A stretch of 53,998 bases of DNA, taken from IMG/VR virus record IMGVR_UViG_2541047728_000014. One strand, 5' to 3'. The position numbers were made by a program, and so were the translations under genes. The notes below the pieces were generated by a model, which ran no database searches, was not told the origin of the DNA, and was given only the letters and a program-made list of their open reading frames with translations. This DNA comes from a virus (Duplodnaviria; Heunggongvirae; Uroviricota; Caudoviricetes). Each line of letters begins with the position of its first letter. Within the stretch, counting starts at the first letter, position 1. Shown one piece after another: positions 9,094-16,876 of this stretch.

Positions 9094-9177
9094 TGCAAGT
9101 ATGGCCTTACCTTGTCTGCAAGTTTACAAAATGGAATTTTAAGATCAAGGCTTAAAATACACGTTTTGTGACTTGCA
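9094..9177. promoter_or_regulatory. cI / early-operon divergent control region with ~27-bp inverted repeat and TGCAAGT repeats
   Basis: TGCAAGT at about 9094, 9117 and inverted at 9171; arms TGCAAGTTTACAAAATGGAATTTTAAG (9117-9143) and the reverse complement of 9150-9177 are near-identical; candidate leftward promoter TTGATG-16-TATTTT on the minus strand. Confidence 0.5.
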
Positions 9178-9207
9178 TCAAACTTTTTGAGGTTATAGGG
9201 TAGCGAC

Positions 9208-9855
9208 ATGAAAACAAAATGGTATGACTTAGCAAAGCAGCTCATGCGGGCGCAGGGCATGAGCCAGGATTCACTCGCGGATCGTATGGGGATAACTAAA
9301 GGCGGCCTGTCACACTGGCTGAACGGTCGCCGAGAGCCAAATCTTGAAGATATTGCGCGGATTATGCGCGAGCTTGGTCGTCGGCAGTTTACTGTTACAC
9401 ATGATGGCATGGTCATTGATGATTCTGTTTCTAATACACTTCAGGCCGTGCCGCCGCGTGATTTAGGTAGTTACCCGGTTATTGACTGGAAGGACACAGT
9501 AAACAATATGGATGACGCAAGGCGTTCAGCATTACGACACGTTACGACTAGCGTTATTTGTTCAGATGACAGTTACTGGCTGGTTGCCAAAGGTGAATCA
9601 ATGAACGCGCCGCAGGGGTTGAGCATCCCGGCGGGGACGATGATACTTGTGGACCCGCACGCGCCAGCTATTGACGGCAAACTGGTTATAGCCCAGCTTG
9701 AGGAAGGGCAGATACCGACGTTTAAACAGTTGATTATTGATGGAGGTCAAAGGCTTTTACGTTCGCTCAATCCGCTGTATCCGCCAATCCCTATGAATCC
9801 AGAATCAAAAATTATAGGCGTGGTGGTTGATGCGAAGATCGTAAACCTGCCATAA
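9208..9855 (+). CDS. cI: CI-like prophage repressor (HTH plus S24 LexA-like peptidase domain)
   Basis: 215 aa; N-terminal HTH (MSQDSLADRMGITKGGLSHWLNGRREP); C-terminal S24 domain with GESMNAP (Ser) and TFKQL (Lys) dyad. Confidence 0.9.
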   Translation: MKTKWYDLAKQLMRAQGMSQDSLADRMGITKGGLSHWLNGRREPNLEDIARIMRELGRRQFTVTHDGMVIDDSVSNTLQAVPPRDLGSYPVIDWKDTVNNMDDARRSALRHVTTSVICSDDSYWLVAKGESMNAPQGLSIPAGTMILVDPHAPAIDGKLVIAQLEEGQIPTFKQLIIDGGQRLLRSLNPLYPPIPMNPESKIIGVVVDAKIVNLP

Positions 9856-9860
9856 ACATT

Positions 9861-9886
9861 AGCCGCCGAATGGCGGCTTTTCTTTG
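9861..9886 (+). terminator. Rho-independent terminator after cI
   Basis: Hairpin GCCGCC-GAAT-GGCGGC followed by TTTTCTTT directly after the cI stop. Confidence 0.65.
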
Positions 9887-9978
9887 CCTGGAAAACACCA
9901 AAACGTAAACAGAAAACGTTATTTATTATTTAAATATCAATGGCATATAAAATATTTTAAAAAAGTATACAAAATGGA

Positions 9979-10007
9979 TTGACTCGATGTTTTACGGGGC
10001 GTATATT
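9979..10007 (+). promoter_or_regulatory. Candidate pL-like early promoter
   Basis: TTGACT-N17-TATATT (-35 at 9979-9984, -10 at 10002-10007), preceded by an AT-rich tract and a GTATACAAAATGG motif copy; about 350 nt upstream of the N-like gene. Confidence 0.45.
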
Positions 10008-10261
10008 GCGAGTCAAAGGAAGGGCGCAGGTAACAAAAGCAACTTCCTGGCACTTTAAAAATCAGGCTTAACACCTTGTCAACCGTGGAGTAACTCCCCG
10101 ATGGGGGACCGAAAGCGGCACTGATAACAAGGCGCATGGGGTGTTTAAAGCGTTACATCCCCCACGAAACCGCACGCAAGGCGACGAGTCAGCTTGCTTG
10201 GAGTGAGCAAGGTCACGCCGGGAACGGCGATGATTGCGGGATTAGTTGAAAGATGTTAAGC

Positions 10262-10299
10262 CGCTCATTAACAATCTGGTCAGCCGCTGGAAGTGCGGC
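10262..10299 (+). promoter_or_regulatory. nutL-like site (boxA plus boxB hairpin)
   Basis: CGCTCATTAA resembles boxA consensus CGCTCTTA; 11 nt later hairpin GCCGC-TGGAAGT-GCGGC (5-bp stem) as a boxB candidate; lies in the leader of the N-like gene. Confidence 0.45.
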
Positions 10300-10355
10300 A
10301 ATTAACGAAGATGATTTTTTATTAAGTATCATCAAGGATATACGGAGATCAGATT

Positions 10356-10646
10356 ATGAGCGTTACAATTATATATGGTAAATGTGATAGCAAAATGAAT
10401 GCCAGGGAACGCAGAAGGATAAAAAGAGAAAACGAAAGAAAATCATCACCTGCAATCAATAAAACAGACAATGTGGATAAAGCTATTCGATTTGCAAACG
10501 AGGAAAGATGCAAACCAAATAGCATTAAAGAACGTCGCAAAGGATCAGTAAAATGGTATACGGAAAATGAAAGCGGCAGCTACTACCACGCAACGCAACC
10601 ACGCCATTTAGGGGAAAAACCCCTGGATAAAGTCCGCTACCATTAA
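10356..10646 (+). CDS. N-like transcription antiterminator (arginine-rich motif protein)
   Basis: 96-aa basic protein; MNARERRRIKRENERK resembles the arginine-rich motif of lambdoid N proteins; first gene after the candidate pL and nut site. Confidence 0.55.
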   Translation: MSVTIIYGKCDSKMNARERRRIKRENERKSSPAINKTDNVDKAIRFANEERCKPNSIKERRKGSVKWYTENESGSYYHATQPRHLGEKPLDKVRYH

Positions 10647-10676
10647 TACAAAATGTAAACATCCGGAGGTGACATT

Positions 10677-10799
10677 ATGGTTATTCAGGCGCTTCAATTC
10701 AAACTGGCAGTAGCGGAAATGCTTCACGATGCCGAAATGTGGAGCGCCGCGAATAAAGCCTTATACATAGTGTTAACAGCACGGGAGATTAAATGGTGA
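10677..10799 (+). CDS. Small hypothetical protein (40 aa)
   Basis: Hand-called ORF MVIQALQFKLAVAEMLHDAEMWSAANKALYIVLTARENKW; CCGGAGG RBS 7 nt upstream; stop overlaps the erf start (ATGGTGA). Confidence 0.4.
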   Translation: MVIQALQFKLAVAEMLHDAEMWSAANKALYIVLTAREIKW

Positions 10800-11437
10800 A
10801 AACAGAGTTACATAAAAAGCTATGGACGATTCAGCAAACGCTGAACGCGCCGAAAAATCAGCGTAATAATTTTGGTGGATATAATTACAGGTCGGCGGAG
10901 GATATTTTAGAGGCGGTTAAACCACTGCTTCAAAGTATTACGCTGACTGTAAGCGATGAAATTGTCCTGATCGGCAATCGCTATTATGTGAAAGCTACGG
11001 CGACGCTAAGCGACGGTGAAGACGAAATAGCGGTAACGGCTTACGCCAGGGAAGAAGAAAGCAAGAAGGGAATGGACGCAAGCCAGCTAACAGGTGCGAC
11101 ATCAAGTTACGCGCGAAAATATGCTTTGAACGGTTTATTCTGCATTGATGATGCGCGAGATCCTGATACTGACGCATACGCTAAGCAGACAGGCCAGCAG
11201 CCTCGCCAGCAGAAAAACCCACCAAAACAACAACCACAGCAGCAGAAAGCGCCGCCAAATCCTGATGAAGTATTAGCACGTTTCTGTGATGCAGCAGCGA
11301 AAGCGCAGGACGCTAACAAGCTGCGTGAAATATTTGGCAAATGCTGGAAATTACTACCGGAAGGATCGGAACATCGAATCAAGGCAAAAGATGTTTATGA
11401 CATCCGGGTAGCAGAGCTTAACGGGGAGATGGGTTAA
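10793..11437 (+). CDS. erf: Erf-family single-strand annealing protein
   Basis: 214 aa; LNAPKNQRNNFGGYNYRSAEDILEAVKPLL...IVLIGNRYYVKATATLSDGEDEI...KKGMDASQLTGATSSYARKYALNGLF closely resembles P22 Erf as recalled. Confidence 0.8.
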   Translation: MVKTELHKKLWTIQQTLNAPKNQRNNFGGYNYRSAEDILEAVKPLLQSITLTVSDEIVLIGNRYYVKATATLSDGEDEIAVTAYAREEESKKGMDASQLTGATSSYARKYALNGLFCIDDARDPDTDAYAKQTGQQPRQQKNPPKQQPQQQKAPPNPDEVLARFCDAAAKAQDANKLREIFGKCWKLLPEGSEHRIKAKDVYDIRVAELNGEMG

Positions 11438-11856
11438 TGAGTTTAAATTCAATCACGCTGGGCGGGAATATCGGTAATGATATGGAGGTTCGCTACACAC
11501 AAAACGGGAAAGCGATTGGTAGTTTTCCGTTAGCTGTAACGAATGGCTACGGCGATAATAAGCGGACAATGTGGGTCACTTGCCTGGTATTTGGCGAGCG
11601 TGCGGAAAAATTGGCGCCACATATCCGTAAGGGTGGAAAAATAGTGGTAAGCGGTCGCCTGGATGTTCGGCAATATGACCGGAACGACGGCACGAAGGGG
11701 ACTGCGGTAGAAGTGGCGGTTAATGAATTTGAATTCATGAATGTTAACCAACAAGGCCAGCAGCAAGGACAGCAGCAGAAAGCGCCGCCGCAGCAGCAGA
11801 ATAATAACGGGAATAATCCGCCTCCGATGGACTTCGACGACGATATTCCTTTTTAG
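11437..11856 (+). CDS. ssb: Single-stranded DNA-binding protein
   Basis: 139 aa; OB-fold-like N-terminus, Gln/Gly-rich linker and the acidic C-terminal tail DFDDDIPF characteristic of SSB. Confidence 0.88.
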   Translation: MSLNSITLGGNIGNDMEVRYTQNGKAIGSFPLAVTNGYGDNKRTMWVTCLVFGERAEKLAPHIRKGGKIVVSGRLDVRQYDRNDGTKGTAVEVAVNEFEFMNVNQQGQQQGQQQKAPPQQQNNNGNNPPPMDFDDDIPF

Positions 11857-11872
11857 AATCAATGTGTTAGCT

Positions 11873-12151
11873 ATGAGTGATTATCTAAAACCGCCACCGC
11901 AACCACGAACAAAAGAGCAAGTATTAAAAGAAGCCCGCGATCAAATCGATCGCGGGCTTTTTTTATGCGGCACGGCAGCGGATCGAATGGCGAAAAGATT
12001 TAGTGACCTGTACGCGAAGCAAATCTGGTTTGACAACTGGCGAGCGAGTTCTTACCCGCTACAGAAAACTGATGATATGCAGTGGCCTGAATATGTTGAT
12101 CCACGAATGCGCAAATATCGCGGGCGTATGGGCAAGGTTATTAACGATTAA
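11873..12151 (+). CDS. Hypothetical protein (about 92 aa)
   Basis: ORF 11741..12151; start placed at MSDYLKPPP, the first ATG after the ssb stop. Confidence 0.45.
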   Translation: MSDYLKPPPQPRTKEQVLKEARDQIDRGLFLCGTAADRMAKRFSDLYAKQIWFDNWRASSYPLQKTDDMQWPEYVDPRMRKYRGRMGKVIND

Positions 12152-12163
12152 TGAGGTATTACC

Positions 12164-12415
12164 ATGACAGCTACAACATTAAGCGAAAATAACGGGCGCG
12201 GTTTTCAGGGGACTGCGGAAACCTCAGACGATGGTGATGTATTTGTCGAATTCGGTGGCGGTAACTATGAATTCGAAACGTCGGCGGGCTGGCACGATAA
12301 ATGGCCTTTCCCGACGCGCAAGGAATTAAGCGATCGAAAAACATTTGGCGAAGATGCCGAACGCCTGGCGAATAATAAATGGATGGATAAATTTATTGCG
12401 GAGGCTGAAAAATGA
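12164..12415 (+). CDS. Hypothetical protein (83 aa)
   Basis: ORF; no recognisable domain. Confidence 0.5.
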   Translation: MTATTLSENNGRGFQGTAETSDDGDVFVEFGGGNYEFETSAGWHDKWPFPTRKELSDRKTFGEDAERLANNKWMDKFIAEAEK

Positions 12416-12525
12416 GTTTTGCAAAAATTGCAGCATTGGCTGCGGCGGTGGCGATCGCGGCGCTATATCTTAGCTTATCGCTTTATATTACGGTGGCGAT
12501 CATCAAGCTGATTACAACTATGTGA
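12412..12525 (+). CDS. Small hydrophobic membrane peptide (37 aa)
   Basis: Hand-called ORF MSFAKIAALAAAVAIAALYLSLSLYITVAIIKLITTM; ATG overlaps the upstream stop (ATGA). Confidence 0.4.
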   Translation: MSFAKIAALAAAVAIAALYLSLSLYITVAIIKLITTM

Positions 12526-12532
12526 GGCAATC

Positions 12533-12655
12533 ATGAGAGTCAGTAAGGATATTGTGACGGTCGCGTTTTGCGTTATTTGTTTCCTGTTTGCGGTTGTGTT
12601 TTGTGGCGCACTTGCGGCAGTGATTAGCTTTATTGGTAAGGGGGTGATGTTATGA
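12533..12655 (+). CDS. Small hydrophobic membrane peptide (40 aa)
   Basis: Hand-called ORF MRVSKDIVTVAFCVICFLFAVVFCGALAAVISFIGKGVML; stop overlaps the next start (ATGA). Confidence 0.4.
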   Translation: MRVSKDIVTVAFCVICFLFAVVFCGALAAVISFIGKGVML

Positions 12656-12924
12656 CTCTGTGGGATGCAAAAGAAGGTGATCTCGTTGTCTTGCCAGCAT
12701 ATCGTAGTGATCTCGGGCTGGTCGTACTGAATAAAACATGTAGCGACATTCAACGCCCGATCCTGGTTAGATACTTAGACGGCACGATGATCGAACCGCG
12801 TTTCTTCGACAAAGTTGAACTGAAGGCCCGCAATGTTCGCGTTAAGCCTTTCCGGGCTTATGTTGAAAATCACTGGCGTAAATTGTTCGCCGGACTGAAT
12901 GGGATGTTCGGCGTATGGCTATAA
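12652..12924 (+). CDS. Hypothetical protein (90 aa)
   Basis: ORF in operon packing; no recognisable domain. Confidence 0.5.
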   Translation: MTLWDAKEGDLVVLPAYRSDLGLVVLNKTCSDIQRPILVRYLDGTMIEPRFFDKVELKARNVRVKPFRAYVENHWRKLFAGLNGMFGVWL

Positions 12925-13106
12925 AATTAGTGAAGGTTAAACACCTGAAAGGCGGTGAAAGATTAATGTCATGGTGGGGACATGAATTTATTGCTACTGC
13001 CTTTCATTTCGGCCTAGGTGGTCAAGTAACAATATTTGATGAAGATTACGACGAGGTGGGGCAATGGCATCTTGAGCAATATGTCGAGGTGTTAAATGAA
13101 AATTAA
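12915..13106 (+). CDS. Hypothetical protein (63 aa)
   Basis: ORF in operon packing. Confidence 0.45.
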   Translation: MAIKLVKVKHLKGGERLMSWWGHEFIATAFHFGLGGQVTIFDEDYDEVGQWHLEQYVEVLNEN

Positions 13107-13428
13107 ATTCCACAAAGCGTATGACGCTAACACAAACAAGCTATCACTATTTATCGAATTCGAACGCCGGATCGTGGTAGCGCCTTGGTCGCGGCGCTTT
13201 AATGACGCCGCCGGACGTAGACAATTCGCGGTCGATATGCTGTTACGCGGCTGCGGCCTTATGCGTCCGCTATCTGATTTAAAACGAATGATGCCGGGAT
13301 CGTTCGGTCAGATTGATGAAATAGAAATAAGCCCGGAAGAACTGAAACGTGAGCGTGATTTATTCCTTTCAAGCGAAGGAAACCCGTTTAATTCAGAAAC
13401 TGAAATGAAATGGCATCATCCACTATAA
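13096..13428 (+). CDS. Hypothetical protein (110 aa)
   Basis: ORF in operon packing. Confidence 0.5.
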   Translation: MKIKFHKAYDANTNKLSLFIEFERRIVVAPWSRRFNDAAGRRQFAVDMLLRGCGLMRPLSDLKRMMPGSFGQIDEIEISPEELKRERDLFLSSEGNPFNSETEMKWHHPL

Positions 13429-13439
13429 GGGTAAATATT

Positions 13440-14060
13440 ATGAACAATATCAAAACGGCTTATTCACTCGGCAGCGAAGGCATGTTAATTACTCGCTACA
13501 CAGAGGACGCGAGCTTTCACGAAGTGGTAACTAAGGATTATCACGAAGTTTTAAAAGATATGGAAGCAGGAGTGTATGACAGTGACTTAAATCTGGCGCT
13601 ACAGATTGTTGATATTATGATGGATGCATCAATCCGCGATTACGTGTCTTTAAGCATGGAAGAAAAAACATCGGTAGCGCGTTATGTGTTCTGCCTCACT
13701 TTCGTAAGACGCATGGAGGAGGAATTCGGACGCGCACCAGTGCCGGAAGATGTTGATCCGCTCGCGTTCGGAAGTGCTGTTATTTTCCCGTTGAACAAGG
13801 ATCTGCTTGGCAGTGTTTCACTGCATTCTATGCGCGGCCTGATGAAAAAGGTCTTTGAGGTTAAGATGTTGCAGAAATTTATTGAGGAAGGACACGAAGA
13901 AGTGAACGTTAAGGCGTTTATTCCGGTGCTTTACGGAAAATTTGTTGGCGATGATATGCGCGCTAATGAATTCGGCGTACAGGCGGCTATAGCTACGCTT
14001 AACGAAGCAATGAAAAGTGCACAGCCTATTCATGAACAGGAAAAACGTGTACTGCATTAA
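13440..14060 (+). CDS. Hypothetical protein (about 206 aa)
   Basis: ORF 13410..14060; start placed at MNNIKTAY (AAGGG RBS). Confidence 0.5.
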   Translation: MNNIKTAYSLGSEGMLITRYTEDASFHEVVTKDYHEVLKDMEAGVYDSDLNLALQIVDIMMDASIRDYVSLSMEEKTSVARYVFCLTFVRRMEEEFGRAPVPEDVDPLAFGSAVIFPLNKDLLGSVSLHSMRGLMKKVFEVKMLQKFIEEGHEEVNVKAFIPVLYGKFVGDDMRANEFGVQAAIATLNEAMKSAQPIHEQEKRVLH

Positions 14061-14064
14061 CAGC

Positions 14065-14123
14065 GTGATTGCGATCACATAAATATACATTTTGTATTGC
14101 GATCGCATATCCGTTTTGTAAAC
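14065..14123. promoter_or_regulatory. Intergenic regulatory region: CRP-like palindrome plus two TACA/TGTA motif copies
   Basis: GTGATTGCGATCACA (14065-14079); TGCGATCGCA perfect palindrome (14098-14107); TACATTTTGTAT (14086-14097) and CCGTTTTGTAAAC (14111-14123); upstream of the gene starting at 14159. Confidence 0.45.
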
Positions 14124-14158
14124 TGAAATTAAGAGGTTTACGGCACGGAGGAAACAAG

Positions 14159-14377
14159 ATGGAACGCGAATTGATGCTTTATTGCGTAGAAGGTGGCGTA
14201 GGTCACGATGCCTACGTCGCCGGGAAAGGCTACCCAGCCGATGAAGTGCTTTCTAATATGCACTTCAGAGAAAATGAAAGCCAGGTGTCTGTGTGGAAAC
14301 GGTGCATTGATGGTATTGAGGTTGTAAGTATCGAACGGTATTTAGGCACGTTCGATTACGGTGTTATTGAGGCTTAA
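14159..14377 (+). CDS. Hypothetical protein (72 aa)
   Basis: ORF 14069..14377; start placed at MERELMLY (GGAGG RBS). Confidence 0.5.
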   Translation: MERELMLYCVEGGVGHDAYVAGKGYPADEVLSNMHFRENESQVSVWKRCIDGIEVVSIERYLGTFDYGVIEA

Positions 14378-14379
14378 TT

Positions 14380-14472
14380 ATGGACGACACATTGTTTTAT
14401 ATGTGCTGTTGCTGGGGTTTTATTGCCTTATGTCTGTTTATCAGGTGGTTTATTGAATACCATATGAGGTGA
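14380..14472 (+). CDS. Candidate small hydrophobic peptide (30 aa)
   Basis: Hand-called ORF MDDTLFYMCCCWGFIALCLFIRWFIEYHMR between two annotated ORFs. Confidence 0.3.
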   Translation: MDDTLFYMCCCWGFIALCLFIRWFIEYHMR

Positions 14473-14475
14473 GGC

Positions 14476-14670
14476 ATGGAACAGAAAACTGATTATAGAA
14501 TACCTGACAACCTGAAGTTGGTTGGTATTGGTTTTGGCTGTCATTTTGTATCTGACACAAACGGTGCAATTTATTTAGTGCGCATCATTGATGGCGTTCA
14601 GCATATAAGAAGGCTAGGACTTTACATCAAAGCATTCAGAAGGGGTTATTTAAAAACTCATGAAATTTAA
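14476..14670 (+). CDS. Hypothetical protein (64 aa)
   Basis: ORF; no recognisable domain. Confidence 0.45.
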   Translation: MEQKTDYRIPDNLKLVGIGFGCHFVSDTNGAIYLVRIIDGVQHIRRLGLYIKAFRRGYLKTHEI

Positions 14671-14863
14671 ACATTACATGGAATGGAAAATTCCAGAAGC
14701 AGCAACAAAGGCAGCGCCAGGAAATTATTCTGGCGTTTATTTTTATATGGATGGCAAATGGTATTTCGGCAGCAGGCCGGATCACTATTATCAGGAAATA
14801 TGCAAGCCTCACGTATGGGATATTAAAGAGCGTGTGAAAGGCGGGGTAATTGAGGACGTTTAA
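14660..14863 (+). CDS. Hypothetical protein (67 aa)
   Basis: ORF; no recognisable domain. Confidence 0.45.
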   Translation: MKFKHYMEWKIPEAATKAAPGNYSGVYFYMDGKWYFGSRPDHYYQEICKPHVWDIKERVKGGVIEDV

Positions 14864-14864
14864 A

Positions 14865-15101
14865 ATGCTTAAGAGCTTTTTTAACTGGTTGGGGGCGTGG
14901 CTTTTGGCTACGCTTTTTGTTTTCCTGGCGGCCATGACTGTTATCGGTGTTATTATGCTGGGGGCTATTTTTATTACGTGGTCGCTTCCTGAATTTAACG
15001 ACATTGGGAATATTCTTTTTGCAGCCCGCGCTTTATTGGCTGTTAGCGCATTCATTGGTTTTTGCTGGACTGCCGCGCCGGATTGGACTGACACATGGTG
15101 A
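14865..15101 (+). CDS. Small membrane protein (two predicted TM helices)
   Basis: ORF 14850..15101; start placed at MLKSFFNWLG (GAGGA RBS); hydrophobic stretches LGAWLLATLFVFLAAMTVIGVIMLGAIFI and ALLAVSAFIGFCW. Confidence 0.5.
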   Translation: MLKSFFNWLGAWLLATLFVFLAAMTVIGVIMLGAIFITWSLPEFNDIGNILFAARALLAVSAFIGFCWTAAPDWTDTW

Positions 15102-15105
15102 TCCT

Positions 15106-15339
15106 ATGGCCTTATTCAATATGTCAGAGCCGCAATTTAACGCCGTAAAGACTGCCGCCCGCGCCGCGCTTTCGGCCTGCAAAGCGGAGGTAGAGAAGAA
15201 CGGCTACAGCGATAAAGCCACGCGGCTGATATTAGATAAGCATTATCGCAAGGTCGCCCCGCTAATCAGTATTGAGCGTTTTGTGTGGTTGGTGGGGTAT
15301 CTGAATAACCGCTGGGGAACAGATCAGGATTATTTCTAA
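15106..15339 (+). CDS. Hypothetical protein (about 77 aa)
   Basis: In-frame part of ORF 14947..15339 starting at MALFNMSEPQ after the upstream stop. Confidence 0.45.
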   Translation: MALFNMSEPQFNAVKTAARAALSACKAEVEKNGYSDKATRLILDKHYRKVAPLISIERFVWLVGYLNNRWGTDQDYF

Positions 15340-15348
15340 GGGGGCGTA

Positions 15349-15888
15349 ATGAAAAATGATTACGGCGGCAGCCATACGCCGAAAGAAATAAAAGACTTAT
15401 GGCAAACGCCAAAACCCGTTTTTAGAGGAATGGATCGGGAATTCGAGTTCGTCGCGGATGTGGCGGCAAACAAGGAAAACGCATTAATCCCGCGATATAT
15501 AACCGAAGAAATGGACACGCTCCATTATCCGTGGGGAGCGGTGGCGATGCCTGGTGAGTATGTCTGGATGAATCCGCCATATTCTAATCCGGGACCATTC
15601 GTTGATAAGGCGGCGCTTGAACATCAACGAAATCACATTGGCTGTGTAATGCTATTGCCCGCTGACATTTCTGTTAGCTGGTTTATGAACGGCGTGGAGA
15701 CGGCAAACGAATGCCGATTAATCACGCGCGGGCGGCTGGCGTTTATCAATGCTGCAACAGGGAAACCAGTAAGCGGGAACAATAAGGGGAGCTTGTTCTT
15801 GATCTGGCATCCACGATGCAGACATGAATGTATTTTCACGCAGATAACACGTAAAGAGCTATACGCGAGAGGCGCAAATAATGACTAA
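15349..15888 (+). CDS. Phage-type DNA N6-adenine methyltransferase (Dam family)
   Basis: 179 aa; WQTP motif near the N-terminus and catalytic NPPYS; size and layout typical of the small phage Dam methylases. Confidence 0.75.
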   Translation: MKNDYGGSHTPKEIKDLWQTPKPVFRGMDREFEFVADVAANKENALIPRYITEEMDTLHYPWGAVAMPGEYVWMNPPYSNPGPFVDKAALEHQRNHIGCVMLLPADISVSWFMNGVETANECRLITRGRLAFINAATGKPVSGNNKGSLFLIWHPRCRHECIFTQITRKELYARGANND

Positions 15889-16288
15889 GGCAGCAGATTT
15901 ATTAAGACTTGCAGCAGAAACCATAGAGCAAAGAGGTAAGCAAAACGGCTACGACAAAAAAGAGGAAAAATCAGCGCCAAAAATAGCCACTATTTACAAC
16001 GCTAAGAAGGGGGCAGATTTAACCACGCTTGATGTATGGGATCTGCTAATTTGTCTCAAGGAGGCGCGTTTAGAGGCTATTTTGAGCAATAACAGCGATC
16101 CGACAGACACACTAATTGATTTAATTAGCTATAACGCGCTAAAAGCTGAGCAAATATTAACGGAGCGGGAGGAAGAGCAAAAGAAAAAACAGGGCGTTTT
16201 TGATCTCCCTATCGGTGGATTGAAGAAAACTTTTGCTGACCTTGCCGGACCAGAACCATCTATTGTACCGGGGCAATCCCACCTGTGA
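15881..16288 (+). CDS. Conserved phage protein of unknown function (135 aa)
   Basis: ORF; AADLLRLAAETIEQRGKQNGYD ... LDVWDLLICLKEARL pattern looks like a recurring phage family; function unknown. Confidence 0.5.
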   Translation: MTKAADLLRLAAETIEQRGKQNGYDKKEEKSAPKIATIYNAKKGADLTTLDVWDLLICLKEARLEAILSNNSDPTDTLIDLISYNALKAEQILTEREEEQKKKQGVFDLPIGGLKKTFADLAGPEPSIVPGQSHL

Positions 16289-16372
16289 TGTTTAACGGTG
16301 GTGAGATTACTAATCGGCTTGATGTGAAGTTTGACAACGAATCGCTATTACGCGCGGCGGGGTATCATAAAA

Positions 16373-16876
16373 ATGGAAAGGGTGACAATTGACAGGTTAT
16401 TAGCCTGCGTTTATGTCGCCGTTTTTGTGATCATCAATCTTATTGTTAATCATTGCGGCCCGTGGGTAATTCCGATCACCACGGTAGCCGCCGTGTGTGT
16501 CAATATGATGATCCGTGACCTCCTGTTATATGACGGCGGCCTGAAATGGTCGGCTACAACATGCGCCGCCGCTGGCGCAATCACGGTGCTGATAAATTAC
16601 GACGCCGGAATGGTGGCGATCGCGTCATTCGTTGCGGTTGTTTCCGGTGCACTTATTTCTGGCGGCGTTTACCGGGTTTTGCCTGGTGGCTTTGATTCTA
16701 AACGTTGGCCTGCAAATATAGCGTCCGCCATTGGTGATGCGTTAATTTTTCCTACGCTATCGTTTATGGCGTTTATGCCGGAAATATCAGCTATGCAATT
16801 CATCTCAAAAATGGCAGCGGTAACGGTGATCACCATCATTATGCGCCGCTATTTCACGTTTGAGGGTAGAAAATGA
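16373..16876 (+). CDS. Polytopic membrane protein, possibly YhhQ/DUF165-like queuosine-precursor transporter
   Basis: ORF 16331..16876; start placed at MERVTIDR; several hydrophobic helices; weak resemblance to YhhQ motifs (MIRDLLLYDGG, IGDALIFPTLSFMAF); family assignment unverified. Confidence 0.35.
   Translation: MERVTIDRLLACVYVAVFVIINLIVNHCGPWVIPITTVAAVCVNMMIRDLLLYDGGLKWSATTCAAAGAITVLINYDAGMVAIASFVAVVSGALISGGVYRVLPGGFDSKRWPANIASAIGDALIFPTLSFMAFMPEISAMQFISKMAAVTVITIIMRRYFTFEGRK

Noticed and set aside
9069-9416. Minus-strand ORF 9069..9416 as a possible cro
   Set aside because: Overlaps most of the cI N-terminal coding region antisense; the minus-strand reading from the intergenic region has no usable start. 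The first leftward gene (8651..8902) is taken as the Cro-position regulator.
10010-10355. Structured ~345-nt ORF-free region considered as a retron msr/msd or other ncRNA gene
   Set aside because: No reverse transcriptase or flanking a1/a2 repeats; boxA/boxB-like elements at its 3' end fit an N-utilisation leader better. A small RNA cannot be excluded.
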